Counted from the stretch's first letter, positions 29,412 to 39,014 are shown. The stretch: 64,000 nt of DNA from a virus (IMGVR_UViG_2700988978_000001:614-64613), one strand, 5' to 3'. Made by a program: numbers and translations. The notes: generated from the letters alone by a model not told the origin.

Positions 29412-29801
29412 ATGCCCGCTGGACCGACTCAGTACCTGGTCAACAAGCTGCTTGACCACGCGCTGCGCAACGTGCCCTACACGCCACCGGCGGTGGTCTA
29501 CTTCAAGGCACACATTGGTGACCCCGGCGCGGCGGGCACCGCCAACGCGAGCAATCAGACCACCCGTATCCCGGTCACGTTCCTCGCCGCCTCGGGCGGC
29601 ACGGTGCTGCTGACCGGCACCCCAGAGATCACGCTCAACGCCACCGAGAACATCAGCCACGGATCGCTCTGGGACACCGCCGGACCCAGTGGCGGCAACT
29701 GCCTGTGGACCGCGGCGGCCACCATCGTCAAGGGCGGTGTGTCCGGCGACATCATCCGACTGTCGGGTTTCCAGCTCGGATTCACCGGCCTCGCAGCGTA
29801 G
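29412..29801 (+). CDS. Minor tail protein
   Basis: HIGDPGAAGTAN...HGSLWD...GGNCL motif of small tail-fibre-associated proteins. Confidence 0.8.
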   Translation: MPAGPTQYLVNKLLDHALRNVPYTPPAVVYFKAHIGDPGAAGTANASNQTTRIPVTFLAASGGTVLLTGTPEITLNATENISHGSLWDTAGPSGGNCLWTAAATIVKGGVSGDIIRLSGFQLGFTGLAA

Positions 29802-29809
29802 GGGAGAAC

Positions 29810-30238
29810 ATGACCGCACCGACTCCGCCCGCTGATGCCCAGTGGGGAATCCAGTGGGAGGTATTCATCCAGCCGGACGGCCGCCCCGGTCCTCCGCAGC
29901 AGCCCGAATACACACAGCCGTACCCGGTCTCGTACGACGACAACGGCCAGCCGATCCCGCTGACTGAGGATCAACAGACCGCCAACGCGGCCGCATACGC
30001 GCAGTATCTGTCGCTGCTGGAACAGTGGCGCGAGGACATCACGGCATACGACGCCCAGACCGCGGCGCTGATCTCCGACGACGCGAACTGGCGCACCACG
30101 GTGTTCTCGGCAGCCGACGAGGCGACCGCCCGCACCATGTACCCGATCATCAAGCAGGGCAACGAGGGCAACCCGCAGACCCGCAATTTCATCCTGGTAT
30201 GGGCGCTGCCGGTCAACTGGACAGCCGCGCCGGAGTAG
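29810..30238 (+). CDS. Hypothetical tail-region protein
   Basis: GGGGAG RBS; fills the gap between tail genes. Confidence 0.7.
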   Translation: MTAPTPPADAQWGIQWEVFIQPDGRPGPPQQPEYTQPYPVSYDDNGQPIPLTEDQQTANAAAYAQYLSLLEQWREDITAYDAQTAALISDDANWRTTVFSAADEATARTMYPIIKQGNEGNPQTRNFILVWALPVNWTAAPE

Positions 30239-30257
30239 CACCCTGGCTCCGTAGCCT
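30239..30257 (+). promoter_or_regulatory. Late-promoter motif copy (CACCC-N8-TAGCCT), leaderless
   Basis: In-frame GTG 30265 lies 7 nt downstream. Confidence 0.7.
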
Positions 30258-30264
30258 TCCGCAC

Positions 30265-30909
30265 GTGCCGATCACGGAGTTCACTGAGCCGAACGTCTGC
30301 ATCAGTGAGAATCTCACCACCGACGACGCTGGCCAGCTGCGTTTCCAGCCGTGGGCGATTCCACGGCCGGTCGTCGATGTGCGCGCGAACTCCGGCGGTG
30401 ACGGCAAGATCGTGAAACCCGAGCTGACCTTGCCAGGCAAGCTGATGATCAACCAGCAGATCGGGTGGCGCAACGACACCCCGTTTCCGCAGCAGCTGCT
30501 GATCCGGGTGACGCGTGGCCCGCGGTCGTGGATCACGTCGAACCCGAACGCGGTGCAGATGCGTGACCGGTGGAGTTTCGCGGTCGACGCGGCGCCGGAG
30601 GTGCCGGTGACGACGAGCATCTTCAACGGGCAGACGGGCAGCGCTGTCGATTTCGGCACCAACAGCGTCGCCGAGCCGGTGCCTGGTGTGCAGTGGATGT
30701 GGACCGACGTCAACACCGCTGACGAGTGGGTGCCGTATCTCGTTGAGCCCGAGCAGCAGTTCAACCTGTGGTACCGCTGCTACTTGTGGACGCCGCCGCC
30801 GTTCTCGGACAACGCGAATAAGAACGACCCGAAGCATGAGGCGTACGCGCGGTGGGCGCGTCTGCAGCTGTGGGCGTACCCGCAGCAGGGATCGGTGGTG
30901 ACCGGGTGA
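30265..30909 (+). CDS. Minor tail protein (paralogue 1 of 3)
   Basis: WxNxxP.xQxxxxxVTRGPR motif shared with the next two genes. Confidence 0.75.
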   Translation: MPITEFTEPNVCISENLTTDDAGQLRFQPWAIPRPVVDVRANSGGDGKIVKPELTLPGKLMINQQIGWRNDTPFPQQLLIRVTRGPRSWITSNPNAVQMRDRWSFAVDAAPEVPVTTSIFNGQTGSAVDFGTNSVAEPVPGVQWMWTDVNTADEWVPYLVEPEQQFNLWYRCYLWTPPPFSDNANKNDPKHEAYARWARLQLWAYPQQGSVVTG

Positions 30910-31505
30910 GCATCCGTTTGTGCACGGCTGAACACATGCTGTCGACCGTTGACGGGCTCGACATGCGCCGCACCTGGTTTCCCCGCGTGGTGGCCGAGCG
31001 GTTCCTCGAGTCGACCAAGGACGGCAAGATCACCCGCGCGCCCGACCCGGTGCTCACCATCAACGGCGACGTCACCTGGTACAACAACAACCCCGACGCC
31101 CAGCTGGTGTGGGTGCAGGTCAACCGCGCCCCGCGCAGCATCGTCGCGCAGAACCCCTCGACCGTCGTCATCCACGACGCCTGGACATGGGCGAAGGGAC
31201 GCCGCCCCGTCGCGGACTACCCGAGCGTCACACAAGACGCGTTCGGTGGCCGCGCCCAGATCGACCGGCCCGAAGCGGCCGCCGACGCCGTGAAGTTCGG
31301 CCGGCTCTACATCGACGGGGAGAGCTCGCAGGCACAGGTGCCGATCGGGGAGATCGGCCCGCGCGAGTCGCTGCACTTCCGTTACACCGCATCGGTTCAG
31401 ACACCGAACACGTGGACCGCGCCGAGCGAATACGAGCCACGCTGGGAGACGCAGGCACGGTGGGCGCGTCTGATCGTGCTGGCATCACCGGTGGGGGCAT
31501 CGTGA
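30906..31505 (+). CDS. Minor tail protein (paralogue 2 of 3)
   Basis: WYNNNPDAQLVWVQVNRAPR; ARWARL end shared with the previous gene. Confidence 0.75.
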   Translation: MSIRLCTAEHMLSTVDGLDMRRTWFPRVVAERFLESTKDGKITRAPDPVLTINGDVTWYNNNPDAQLVWVQVNRAPRSIVAQNPSTVVIHDAWTWAKGRRPVADYPSVTQDAFGGRAQIDRPEAAADAVKFGRLYIDGESSQAQVPIGEIGPRESLHFRYTASVQTPNTWTAPSEYEPRWETQARWARLIVLASPVGAS

Positions 31506-32788
31506 CCAACGACCATTTCTCGACCGTCGGCGGTGTGATCGCGCCGCAGCCGTGGATGCAGTACCGGCCGCTGGCCACCAAGACCGCCCCGTCGGTGTCA
31601 CGCAGCTACGACACCTCCGGTGGCGGCAACAAGAACGACCAGGTGCACACCGTCGATGTGCAGTGGACGAACAACTCGCCGGTGCCCCAATACGTTTACG
31701 GCATGGTGACCCGCGGCGGCGCTCAGGTCACGCTGCAGGCCCGTTCCCGCGGCTATCTCGTCACCAGCCACGGCGTCGACACGAAGCCCGACGCGACCCC
31801 TCCCACGTCGTTCGACATGGTGGACGTGTCGAAGTTTGGCTGCGGCATGGACATAGGCAAGGGCGGAATCCTGGCGCTGGGAACCAGTTTCGGTGTGCAC
31901 GAGGTCCGGCAGAACTCGCAGACCGCGCCGCTGATGCCCCACCGCATCGGCATGTACCCGGTGCAGCCGGGGGAGACGTTCTTCGCCCGGGTGTCCGTGC
32001 GGTTCGTGTCGGAGTTCTGGGAGAACACCACCATCGACGGGGGCGACCAGAACACCGAATCGCTGTTCATCTCCGGCGATACGCTCGTCGACCTGTTCGG
32101 GCTGCCTGCTGTCGTGCCGCCGACACCGCGGCCGACGCCGACGCTCGTGGGTGTGGAGCACTCACGGAACAACACGTTCCGCACCGATGTCGACGTGCCT
32201 GAAGGCGTCGCGGCTGGGGACACGATGCTGGCCGTCGTCGCCAACCAGTTCGGGCTGCTGAGCGACGTGTACCCCGAACAATCCGGTTGGACGCTGGTGC
32301 ATTCACGCGATGGTGGTTGGGAGAACGCGCATCTCAAGGTGTATCACCGCATCGCCACCGGCGACGAGCCCGCGTCGTACACGTTCGCCAACGGGCTGCT
32401 GGCCGAGGAGATCGTTCACCTGATCGTCCTGCGCGACGCCTCACCCGATCTGCAGGACGGGTGGCAGTTCGCCTCGGCCATGCGGAAAAACTGGTGGCAG
32501 CGCGACGACGGGCACATCGCGCCGAGCCTGGACCGCGCGGGCCAGTACCTGATCTGCGTCTCCTACGTGCCGCACGCGGCCTGGCAGGAACCCGTGAACC
32601 AGGCACCGCCGGAGGACATGACCGAGATCAGCGACGTGCCCGGCGATGTGTCATCGATGGCGGTCGCGGTGCTGCCGAACCCGCCCAGACCGACCCGCGA
32701 TCGCATGTTCGTGCCGAGCACGACACCGGAGTGGGCTGGCCGGTCGATCACGGTCACGATCCTCGTTCCTGGGGCGCAGCAGCTCTGA
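31502..32788 (+). CDS. Minor tail protein (paralogue 3, with extra C-terminal domain)
   Basis: WTNNSPVPQYVYGMVTRGG; C-terminal PEGVAAGDTML...GWT...EPASYTF domain. Confidence 0.75.
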   Translation: MTNDHFSTVGGVIAPQPWMQYRPLATKTAPSVSRSYDTSGGGNKNDQVHTVDVQWTNNSPVPQYVYGMVTRGGAQVTLQARSRGYLVTSHGVDTKPDATPPTSFDMVDVSKFGCGMDIGKGGILALGTSFGVHEVRQNSQTAPLMPHRIGMYPVQPGETFFARVSVRFVSEFWENTTIDGGDQNTESLFISGDTLVDLFGLPAVVPPTPRPTPTLVGVEHSRNNTFRTDVDVPEGVAAGDTMLAVVANQFGLLSDVYPEQSGWTLVHSRDGGWENAHLKVYHRIATGDEPASYTFANGLLAEEIVHLIVLRDASPDLQDGWQFASAMRKNWWQRDDGHIAPSLDRAGQYLICVSYVPHAAWQEPVNQAPPEDMTEISDVPGDVSSMAVAVLPNPPRPTRDRMFVPSTTPEWAGRSITVTILVPGAQQL

Positions 32789-33486
32789 TGTGGGAACCGC
32801 CACCCGGGTTTGAGGACATGCTCGGCGACGCCGCCCTGGTGCCGCCGATCGTCAACTATGTGCCGCTGGAGGTGCCCGACGTCGGCACGGTGCACGCGCG
32901 CCGGCCCGGGCCCGCAGCGGTTCCGCTGCTGGCGATGTCGGTCAACCCGCAGCTGCACGAAGACGACGACCAGCTGTTGATCGAGCAGCAGAAGTACGCG
33001 ACGCGGTTCGTGCGTGAGCATCTGCGCCCCGGCGAGCATGAGCGTGTCCTGGCGTCGATGGTGGAGGGCGACGCTACGCCAGGCACCCCCATCGGTCATA
33101 TCGCGCGCGCATTGGCCACCTGGGGCACCGCGCGCCCCTACATCGCGGTGATGACCCTGTCGCTCGTCGCTGCGACGCACTGGCGGCCGCTGCGCACCCG
33201 TTTACGTTCGGCAGGCATCGCAGACCCGATGCGTGATCTGCCGTCGATGCACGACGTGCTCGACGAGGCCGAGAAGCTGTGGCTGGAGTCGCTGCACACC
33301 GGCGACGCGGGCAAGGATAAGCACGAGACCGAGAAGCTGTTCGACCAGCTGTACGCCCCGGACAGCGCCGCGGCGAAGCGGGTGAACGCGAAGGGCTACA
33401 AGGGGTCTGTGCGTCCGGCCGGGTTCTCAAAGAAAGAGGTGGCGGCCGATTTCAAGGCTGCTGCACGCATGTTGGGTGCACGGTAG
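32788..33486 (+). CDS. Second tail assembly chaperone-like protein (GT-like)
   Basis: FVREHL...ERVLASM matches FVKRHL...ERVLERM of 16183-16776; has an extra C-terminal domain. Confidence 0.6.
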   Translation: MWEPPPGFEDMLGDAALVPPIVNYVPLEVPDVGTVHARRPGPAAVPLLAMSVNPQLHEDDDQLLIEQQKYATRFVREHLRPGEHERVLASMVEGDATPGTPIGHIARALATWGTARPYIAVMTLSLVAATHWRPLRTRLRSAGIADPMRDLPSMHDVLDEAEKLWLESLHTGDAGKDKHETEKLFDQLYAPDSAAAKRVNAKGYKGSVRPAGFSKKEVAADFKAAARMLGAR

Positions 33487-33497
33487 GCGTTTACGTT
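33479..33497 (+). promoter_or_regulatory. Late-promoter motif variant (CACGG-N8-TACGTT), leaderless
   Basis: ATG 33505 lies 7 nt downstream. Confidence 0.6.
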
Positions 33498-33504
33498 TTC
33501 CGGC

Positions 33505-33918
33505 ATGGCCGACCCTCTGATCCCGTATCTGGATCGCGACGCGCCGCCTGGTGAGAAGCTTGCGCCGGAGGTGCGCGCCGAGATCGCCGAACTGGCGCCG
33601 TCGGTTGTGGTCAACAACTCGATCACGACCGCCAAGCTGCGAGACAAGGCGGTCACAGGCGAGAAGATGGCGGACGGCGCTGTCGGCAGCCTGCAGATCG
33701 CCCAGGGCGGCGTGAAGACCATCAACATCGATGACCAGGCCGTCACTACCGACAAGCTCGACGACGGCTCGGTGACCGCGGCGAAGGCCGGTATCGGGGT
33801 GTCCAAGGCATTCGACGCAGACGATGAACCGATCGAGAACACGTTCAAGTTCGTGACTACTGCCGAATTCGCCGGTATGACTCAGGTTCCCGGTGTGACT
33901 TACATGGTCGGGCCGTGA
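33505..33918 (+). CDS. Minor tail protein with VTxxK repeats
   Basis: SITTAKL/AVTGEKM/AVTTDKL/SVTAAK repeats. Confidence 0.75.
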   Translation: MADPLIPYLDRDAPPGEKLAPEVRAEIAELAPSVVVNNSITTAKLRDKAVTGEKMADGAVGSLQIAQGGVKTINIDDQAVTTDKLDDGSVTAAKAGIGVSKAFDADDEPIENTFKFVTTAEFAGMTQVPGVTYMVGP

Positions 33919-34619
33919 TCACAAGCGCCAGCGGGCCCGTTCGGCGCATCGTCCACAACGGCGTCGACATTCGGCAGGTGTGGCGCAACGGCGTGCTGCT
34001 GTGGTCGGCGGCCTCGTTGCGTGACGACTTCAACCGCCCGGACGCGGCCACGCTCGGCGCCGACTGGACCGATCATGGCCCGTCGTCGGACTATAAGGCC
34101 GGCATCGTCAACGGGCAGATGCGCTTGGCGCTCCCAGACGGTCTGATTGCGGCTCCGCTGCTGACCAGCCGTGTGCGCTACAACGCTGAGGTCGCGCAGG
34201 GCGACGACTACGAGCTCGAGTTCCGTATCGGCTCGCAGGGCGCGGGCCCGTCGCTCACCGGTGACCTGGCCAGGACGCAGGTGTTCGCGCGGGTCTCGAA
34301 CTCGGGTTTCACACATGGTGTTGGTGTGCAGGTGGATTCGTCGACGCTGAAGATCGTGCGCCGCGTCAACAACACTGACACCCTCGTCGTCGCGAACGCT
34401 GGCTCGTACGCGATCGGTGACGTGATCGTGCTGCGTGGTGTGGGGAATCTGCATACGTTGCGACGCAACGGGAGTTTCGCCGTCGAGTGGAACGACGCTG
34501 GCGGTACGGCGTCGAAGGGTGCGGGGTTCCGGTCTCTCGGCGCGGTGGTGCAGGCGTCCAAGGATCTGCTTGGGCCACGGCGATTTTCGCCGACGATCGA
34601 CTATGTCGAGCTGCGCTGA
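33915..34619 (+). CDS. Minor tail protein, lectin-like domain
   Basis: DDFNRPDAATLGADW motif; beta-rich. Confidence 0.75.
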   Translation: MITSASGPVRRIVHNGVDIRQVWRNGVLLWSAASLRDDFNRPDAATLGADWTDHGPSSDYKAGIVNGQMRLALPDGLIAAPLLTSRVRYNAEVAQGDDYELEFRIGSQGAGPSLTGDLARTQVFARVSNSGFTHGVGVQVDSSTLKIVRRVNNTDTLVVANAGSYAIGDVIVLRGVGNLHTLRRNGSFAVEWNDAGGTASKGAGFRSLGAVVQASKDLLGPRRFSPTIDYVELR

Positions 34620-34624
34620 CATTG

Positions 34625-34643
34625 CACCGGGCAGGGATAGCGT
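34625..34643 (+). promoter_or_regulatory. Late-promoter motif copy (CACCG-N8-TAGCGT), leaderless
   Basis: In-frame GTG 34651 lies 7 nt downstream. Confidence 0.65.
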
Positions 34644-34650
34644 GCCGGTC

Positions 34651-34839
34651 GTGAACAGCAACGGAGCTGCACCACCTGTTACCAGCGATGTCCTCACCGG
34701 TGAGGACAGTTTCACAACTCGCGCCGTGCGCGCAGTGCTGTGCGGAATCGCCGCGGGCATCGCCCTTTTCGCAGCAGGGCTCGGTGCCCTCATCATGGGC
34801 TGCCCGATCCTCGACCGCGACACCACGCACCCGTTCTGA
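34651..34839 (+). CDS. Small single-TM membrane protein
   Basis: 62 aa with one hydrophobic helix; upstream of lysin A. Confidence 0.55.
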   Translation: MNSNGAAPPVTSDVLTGEDSFTTRAVRAVLCGIAAGIALFAAGLGALIMGCPILDRDTTHPF

Positions 34840-34853
34840 CCACCCGGTAGCTG

Positions 34854-34872
34854 CACCGGCCGCGCCTACCGT
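34854..34872 (+). promoter_or_regulatory. Late-promoter motif copy (CACCG-N8-TACCGT), leaderless
   Basis: In-frame ATG 34880 lies 7 nt downstream. Confidence 0.7.
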
Positions 34873-34879
34873 CTGCGCC

Positions 34880-35815
34880 ATGCCGATTCTGCGCGCCAAC
34901 GTCGACTACTTCTGGTCGATCGCCCGACCCCGCAACCGCAAACCGTACGGCTACGGCGGTGTGTGGGTGAAGAACGACCTGAACCGCACCACCGACTGCT
35001 CGGGCATCGTCACCCACGCGCTTGACGCCGTCATCAACGGCCCCAACATGACATGGTCGCGACACGGCATCAGCACCGAGTCCTACCGCTACGTCGGCGG
35101 CCCCGGTTCGCGAGGCCCGTTCGGCACGATCAGAGTCGCTCGTCCGCAGGACATCCCAGCCGACGCCGCGGTGAAGATCGGCTTGATGCACGGCCCGGGT
35201 GGCGGGGCGAACAGCCACATGGCGTGCACCATCGAGGGTGTCGCGATCGAATCACGCGGCGGCACTGTCGCATCAGGCGGCGGGCAATGGGTCGGCGGCA
35301 ACGGCCGCCACTACAACAACCCGTTGTTTCACGACTGGTTCTACCTGCCCGGTCCGATCGTCGGTAGCGGCGCATCGACGCCCGCGCAGCCGCAGGCGCC
35401 CGGCGCGGTGTACCTCGGCCGCGACTGCTCGCGCTACGAGTGCACCGGCGAGCGCGTGAAGGCGCTGCAAGCCCGCCTCAACCGCGACTACCCGGCCTAC
35501 TCAGACCTCGACGAGGACGGCGAGTTCGGCCCGCTCACCGAGGCGGTCGTCAAGCAGTTCCAACTCCGTTCGGCCCTCACCGCCGACGGCATCGCGGGCC
35601 CCGCCACCCTGGCCGCCCTTGGCCTGTCATTCCAAGCACAGGAGGTACCACCCGTGACCGCACCCAAGCCCGTGATCGTTGGCCCGGCAGACGACCAGCT
35701 CACCATGCGATGGAATGCGCTGGGCGGCCAGACGCTCGTGGAGGCCGTCGCGCAGATCCGCGACAAGGTGTGCGGCACCGAGGATCGCAGCAAGCCCGGT
35801 GTGGTGACCAAGTGA
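34880..35815 (+). CDS. lysA: Lysin A (Cys/His peptidase plus peptidoglycan-binding domain)
   Basis: YGYGG...DCSG...SHMACT; VKALQARL...DGEFGPLTEAVVKQFQ...DGIAGPAT. Confidence 0.88.
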   Translation: MPILRANVDYFWSIARPRNRKPYGYGGVWVKNDLNRTTDCSGIVTHALDAVINGPNMTWSRHGISTESYRYVGGPGSRGPFGTIRVARPQDIPADAAVKIGLMHGPGGGANSHMACTIEGVAIESRGGTVASGGGQWVGGNGRHYNNPLFHDWFYLPGPIVGSGASTPAQPQAPGAVYLGRDCSRYECTGERVKALQARLNRDYPAYSDLDEDGEFGPLTEAVVKQFQLRSALTADGIAGPATLAALGLSFQAQEVPPVTAPKPVIVGPADDQLTMRWNALGGQTLVEAVAQIRDKVCGTEDRSKPGVVTK

Positions 35816-36027
35816 CCGCGCGCAGGTTCGTTCTCCACCGCGCCGAGGATGTCACCGGTGTGTCAGGTACTGGCACTGTTGCGGAGGGCGTGCAGTTCTC
35901 GGATGGCCGTGTCGCACTGCGGTGGATCGTCGGCGAGCACAGGTCCACGGTCACCTGGGATTCGATCGATTCGGTCGAGAAGATCCACGGCCACAACGGC
36001 GCAACGGCCGTCAGGTGGGTGGACTGA
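35812..36027 (+). CDS. Small conserved actinophage protein
   Basis: DVTGVSGTGTVAEGVQFSDG...IHGHNG; coupled at both ends. Confidence 0.75.
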   Translation: MTARRFVLHRAEDVTGVSGTGTVAEGVQFSDGRVALRWIVGEHRSTVTWDSIDSVEKIHGHNGATAVRWVD

Positions 36028-37256
36028 TGAGCGCGCGCCTGCCACTGAAGCTCGGCTCGTCGGACGCCCGCGGCGACGACGTCACCCACTGGCAGCGCTG
36101 GGCCCGCGCGTACGCCGAGTCCTACGCCGCGCTCATGGGCCCGGTCGACGGCTACTACGGCAACAGCGACGCCGAGTTCACCCGCGAGATGCAACGCCGA
36201 CTCGTCGCCGCGGGCCACGCGATCGCGATCACCGGTGTGTTCGACGAGGCGACGGCCGCGCTCGTCGGCTACGCCGGCGCGCCGCCCGCCGAGGAACGTC
36301 GACCGATCTGGATCTACACCGCGCCCGGCTCGGGCGCACCGTGGAATGTGGGACCCAGCTTCGAGCTCGGCGAGCTGTGCCGCAAGATCCTCAAGCTCAA
36401 CCACCAGCCGGTCGGCTACCCGATCGGCGGCTACCTCGGTCTCATGGGCGGCGACCCGGCGTTGTCCTACCTCGACGTCATCGGCGCCCAGGCCGCCGAG
36501 TTCGCGCGGCTGCTGCGCGCCAACCCCGACGTCATCGAAGCCATGGCCGCGCGCCGTCGTGACCGCAACGCCCGCGTCGACGTCGAGATCTGGGTGTCCG
36601 GCTACTCGCAGTCCGCCGACGGGTTCGAGGACGCACTCGAGCACCTCTTCGGCGACGGCGGCGAGTTCGAGCTGATCCGCGACCGGCTCAACGGCATCAT
36701 CCAGTTCGGCAACCCGTCCAAGGACAAGACCGGCATCGCGCGCAAGACCCGGCCGGCGTGGCTGCTGCGGCTGATCACCAACGTCACCACCCGCGGCGAC
36801 TTCTACGCCGAGGCCACCGACACGATCCGGCCGCTGTTCTACGAGTGGTTCATCCGCGCCGAAACCGAGCTGCCCTTCGTCGTCTACTCGGCGCAGATCA
36901 TTCTCCCGGCGCTGCTGAACCTGGTGGCACCGTTCCTCGGTGGCGGCCTGGCCAACCCGGCGGCGCTGCCGATCCTGGCCGCCGTCACCGGTGCGGGCAG
37001 CGGCCTGCTCGGCTCGGTCATCGGCGGCGTGCTCGGCGCCAAGGACAAGCCCAACCCCGAGCTGATCGAGCTGCTGTCGGTGCGCGGCGTGCTGACCAAC
37101 CTCGGCGAGCTGATCGCACTGCTGGCCGCGCTCCCGGGTCTGCAGGCGCACGGCGAATATCACCTGCCCAAACCGGAGTTCAACGGCCGCACCGGCATCC
37201 AGGTCGCCTACGACGTCGTGGCGAGCTTCCGCCGGCCGCCTATTGCATCGCCATGA
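36027..37256 (+). CDS. lysB: Lysin B (cutinase-like esterase with N-terminal PG-binding domain)
   Basis: GYSQS nucleophile motif, FGNP, DFYA, C-terminal HGEY. Confidence 0.88.
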   Translation: MSARLPLKLGSSDARGDDVTHWQRWARAYAESYAALMGPVDGYYGNSDAEFTREMQRRLVAAGHAIAITGVFDEATAALVGYAGAPPAEERRPIWIYTAPGSGAPWNVGPSFELGELCRKILKLNHQPVGYPIGGYLGLMGGDPALSYLDVIGAQAAEFARLLRANPDVIEAMAARRRDRNARVDVEIWVSGYSQSADGFEDALEHLFGDGGEFELIRDRLNGIIQFGNPSKDKTGIARKTRPAWLLRLITNVTTRGDFYAEATDTIRPLFYEWFIRAETELPFVVYSAQIILPALLNLVAPFLGGGLANPAALPILAAVTGAGSGLLGSVIGGVLGAKDKPNPELIELLSVRGVLTNLGELIALLAALPGLQAHGEYHLPKPEFNGRTGIQVAYDVVASFRRPPIASP

Positions 37257-37373
37257 ACGCAGATCTCTGGCGCGAACAACATCACGATCGGCAGCGGAAA
37301 TAGCCATTTCGGAATGGACTCGACTTCGACGCGAATAGGAGTCATGTCTTGTCGTAGTGGCTGAGGTGGTGTT

Positions 37374-39014
37374 GTGGTGAGCGGCGTGAACCGATTGTTT
37401 TTCGGCGACAACCTTGAGGTGCTCGATGAGCATGTTGCCGATGAATCCGTGGATCTAGTTTATCTGGATCCGCCGTTCAATTCGAACCGCAACTACTCGG
37501 TGATCTTCGGCCGGAACAGGGCTCCGGATGAGTCCGCGGCGCAGATCCAGGCATTCGAAGATACGTGGCGCTGGACGAACCGGACCGCAATGCTGCTGGG
37601 GGAGTTGTCGGGGACCGCGCCCCGGCGCGTTGCTGATACGTTGTCGGGTTTCTACACGCTTCTGGAAGAAAGCGATGCTCTGGCCTATCTCGTCAACATG
37701 ACGCCACGCCTTCTGCAACTGCACCGCGTACTCAAGTCCACCGGGTCGCTCTATCTCCATTGCGACCCTACGATGAGCCATTATCTGAAGATTCTGCTTG
37801 ACGCGATTTTCGATGTGCAGAATTTTCGCAGCGAGGTGATCTGGCAACGAAGCACGGGCAAGAGCCTTCAATCGACACGGCTTCCTACGAACCATGACGT
37901 GCTGCTCTGCTACGCGAAGGGATCCGCACCGAAGTGGGTCGACGCCGCAGCTTTCACGCCGTACGACGAGGCCGAACTGGATGAGAAAACTGCCCGCAAG
38001 TACCGGCACCGCGGTAAGGATGGTCGACTGTATCGGTTGGACAGCCTAATCAATCCGAACCATGACCGTCCGAATCTTACTTACGAGTTCTTGGGGGTGA
38101 CTCGAGTTTGGCGGTGGACCAAAGAACGAATGCAGCAAGCATACGAGGCGGGCATCATTGTGCAGTCAGCACCGGGACGCGTGCCCCAGATGAAGCGCTA
38201 TCTTGACGAGCAGCGTGGTCGACCGCTCGGCGACGTATGGACTGATATTCCGCCGATAAACTCGCGCGCAGCCGAACGTCTCGGTTATCCAACGCAAAAG
38301 CCGCTCGCTCTTCTGGAGAGAATCATCAAACTCACCACTGATCCGGGCGACGTCGTTTTGGATCCGTTCTGCGGCTGTGGAACCACTGTTGATGCCGCGC
38401 AGCGGCTCGGCCGTCAATGGGTTGGTATCGACATCACCTACCTGGCTATCGACGTCATCAAGCGCCGCCTCCAAGACACCTACGACACGACGATCTTCGA
38501 TTCCATCGAGCTGGCCGGCATCCCGAAGGACCTGGCAGGTGCACGCGCCTTGTTCGACAAGTCGCCGTTCGATTTCGAACGCTGGGCTGTATCGATGATC
38601 AACGCCGAGCCCAACCAGAAACAGGTGGGCGACAAAGGCGTTGACGGTATCGCGCGATTCCCGCTCGGCGGTAAGGGAAAGATCGGCAAACTGATCGTGT
38701 CGGTCAAGGGCGGCAAAACGATCACCCCGGCCATGGTGCGGGAACTGTCTGGTGCGGTCGAAGCGCGCAAAGCTCAGATGGGCGTCCTCATCACGCTCGC
38801 GCCGGCAACAAGGGGCGTCACGGACGCGATCAACCATGGTGGCGTGTTCACCCACCCCGCCAACGGACAGCAGTACCCACGCCTGCAACACATCACGGTC
38901 GCTGACCTGCTGGCGAAGAAGCGCCCACAGGTGCCTCCGACGTTCCTGCCCTACATCGCCGCCCAGAGGCGGCCAGTAACCCTGGAACAGTCCACCCTGT
39001 TCGACACCGCCTAA
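37374..39014 (+). CDS. N6A/N4C DNA methyltransferase fused to Mrr-like domain
   Basis: YLDPPF, YPTQKP, DPFCGCGTT; C-terminal FERWAV...GDKGVDG...VSVKGG. Confidence 0.9.
   Translation: MVSGVNRLFFGDNLEVLDEHVADESVDLVYLDPPFNSNRNYSVIFGRNRAPDESAAQIQAFEDTWRWTNRTAMLLGELSGTAPRRVADTLSGFYTLLEESDALAYLVNMTPRLLQLHRVLKSTGSLYLHCDPTMSHYLKILLDAIFDVQNFRSEVIWQRSTGKSLQSTRLPTNHDVLLCYAKGSAPKWVDAAAFTPYDEAELDEKTARKYRHRGKDGRLYRLDSLINPNHDRPNLTYEFLGVTRVWRWTKERMQQAYEAGIIVQSAPGRVPQMKRYLDEQRGRPLGDVWTDIPPINSRAAERLGYPTQKPLALLERIIKLTTDPGDVVLDPFCGCGTTVDAAQRLGRQWVGIDITYLAIDVIKRRLQDTYDTTIFDSIELAGIPKDLAGARALFDKSPFDFERWAVSMINAEPNQKQVGDKGVDGIARFPLGGKGKIGKLIVSVKGGKTITPAMVRELSGAVEARKAQMGVLITLAPATRGVTDAINHGGVFTHPANGQQYPRLQHITVADLLAKKRPQVPPTFLPYIAAQRRPVTLEQSTLFDTA

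Noticed and set aside
24974-34619. Diversity-generating retroelement or invertible tail-fibre system
   Set aside because: No reverse transcriptase, template/variable repeat pair or inverted fibre segments seen; the serine recombinase is 25 kb away.
36595-36620. Inactive lysin B because the motif is GYSQS rather than GYSQG
   Set aside because: The catalytic Ser and the downstream Asp/His candidates are present; a single variant is not evidence of inactivity.
166-37433. Long antisense and alternate-frame ORFs (e.g. 166-1905, 7816-9870, 16724-18772, 20353-22371, 35700-37433)
   Set aside because: Shadow ORFs typical of high-GC coding DNA; Arg/Pro-rich with no motifs.
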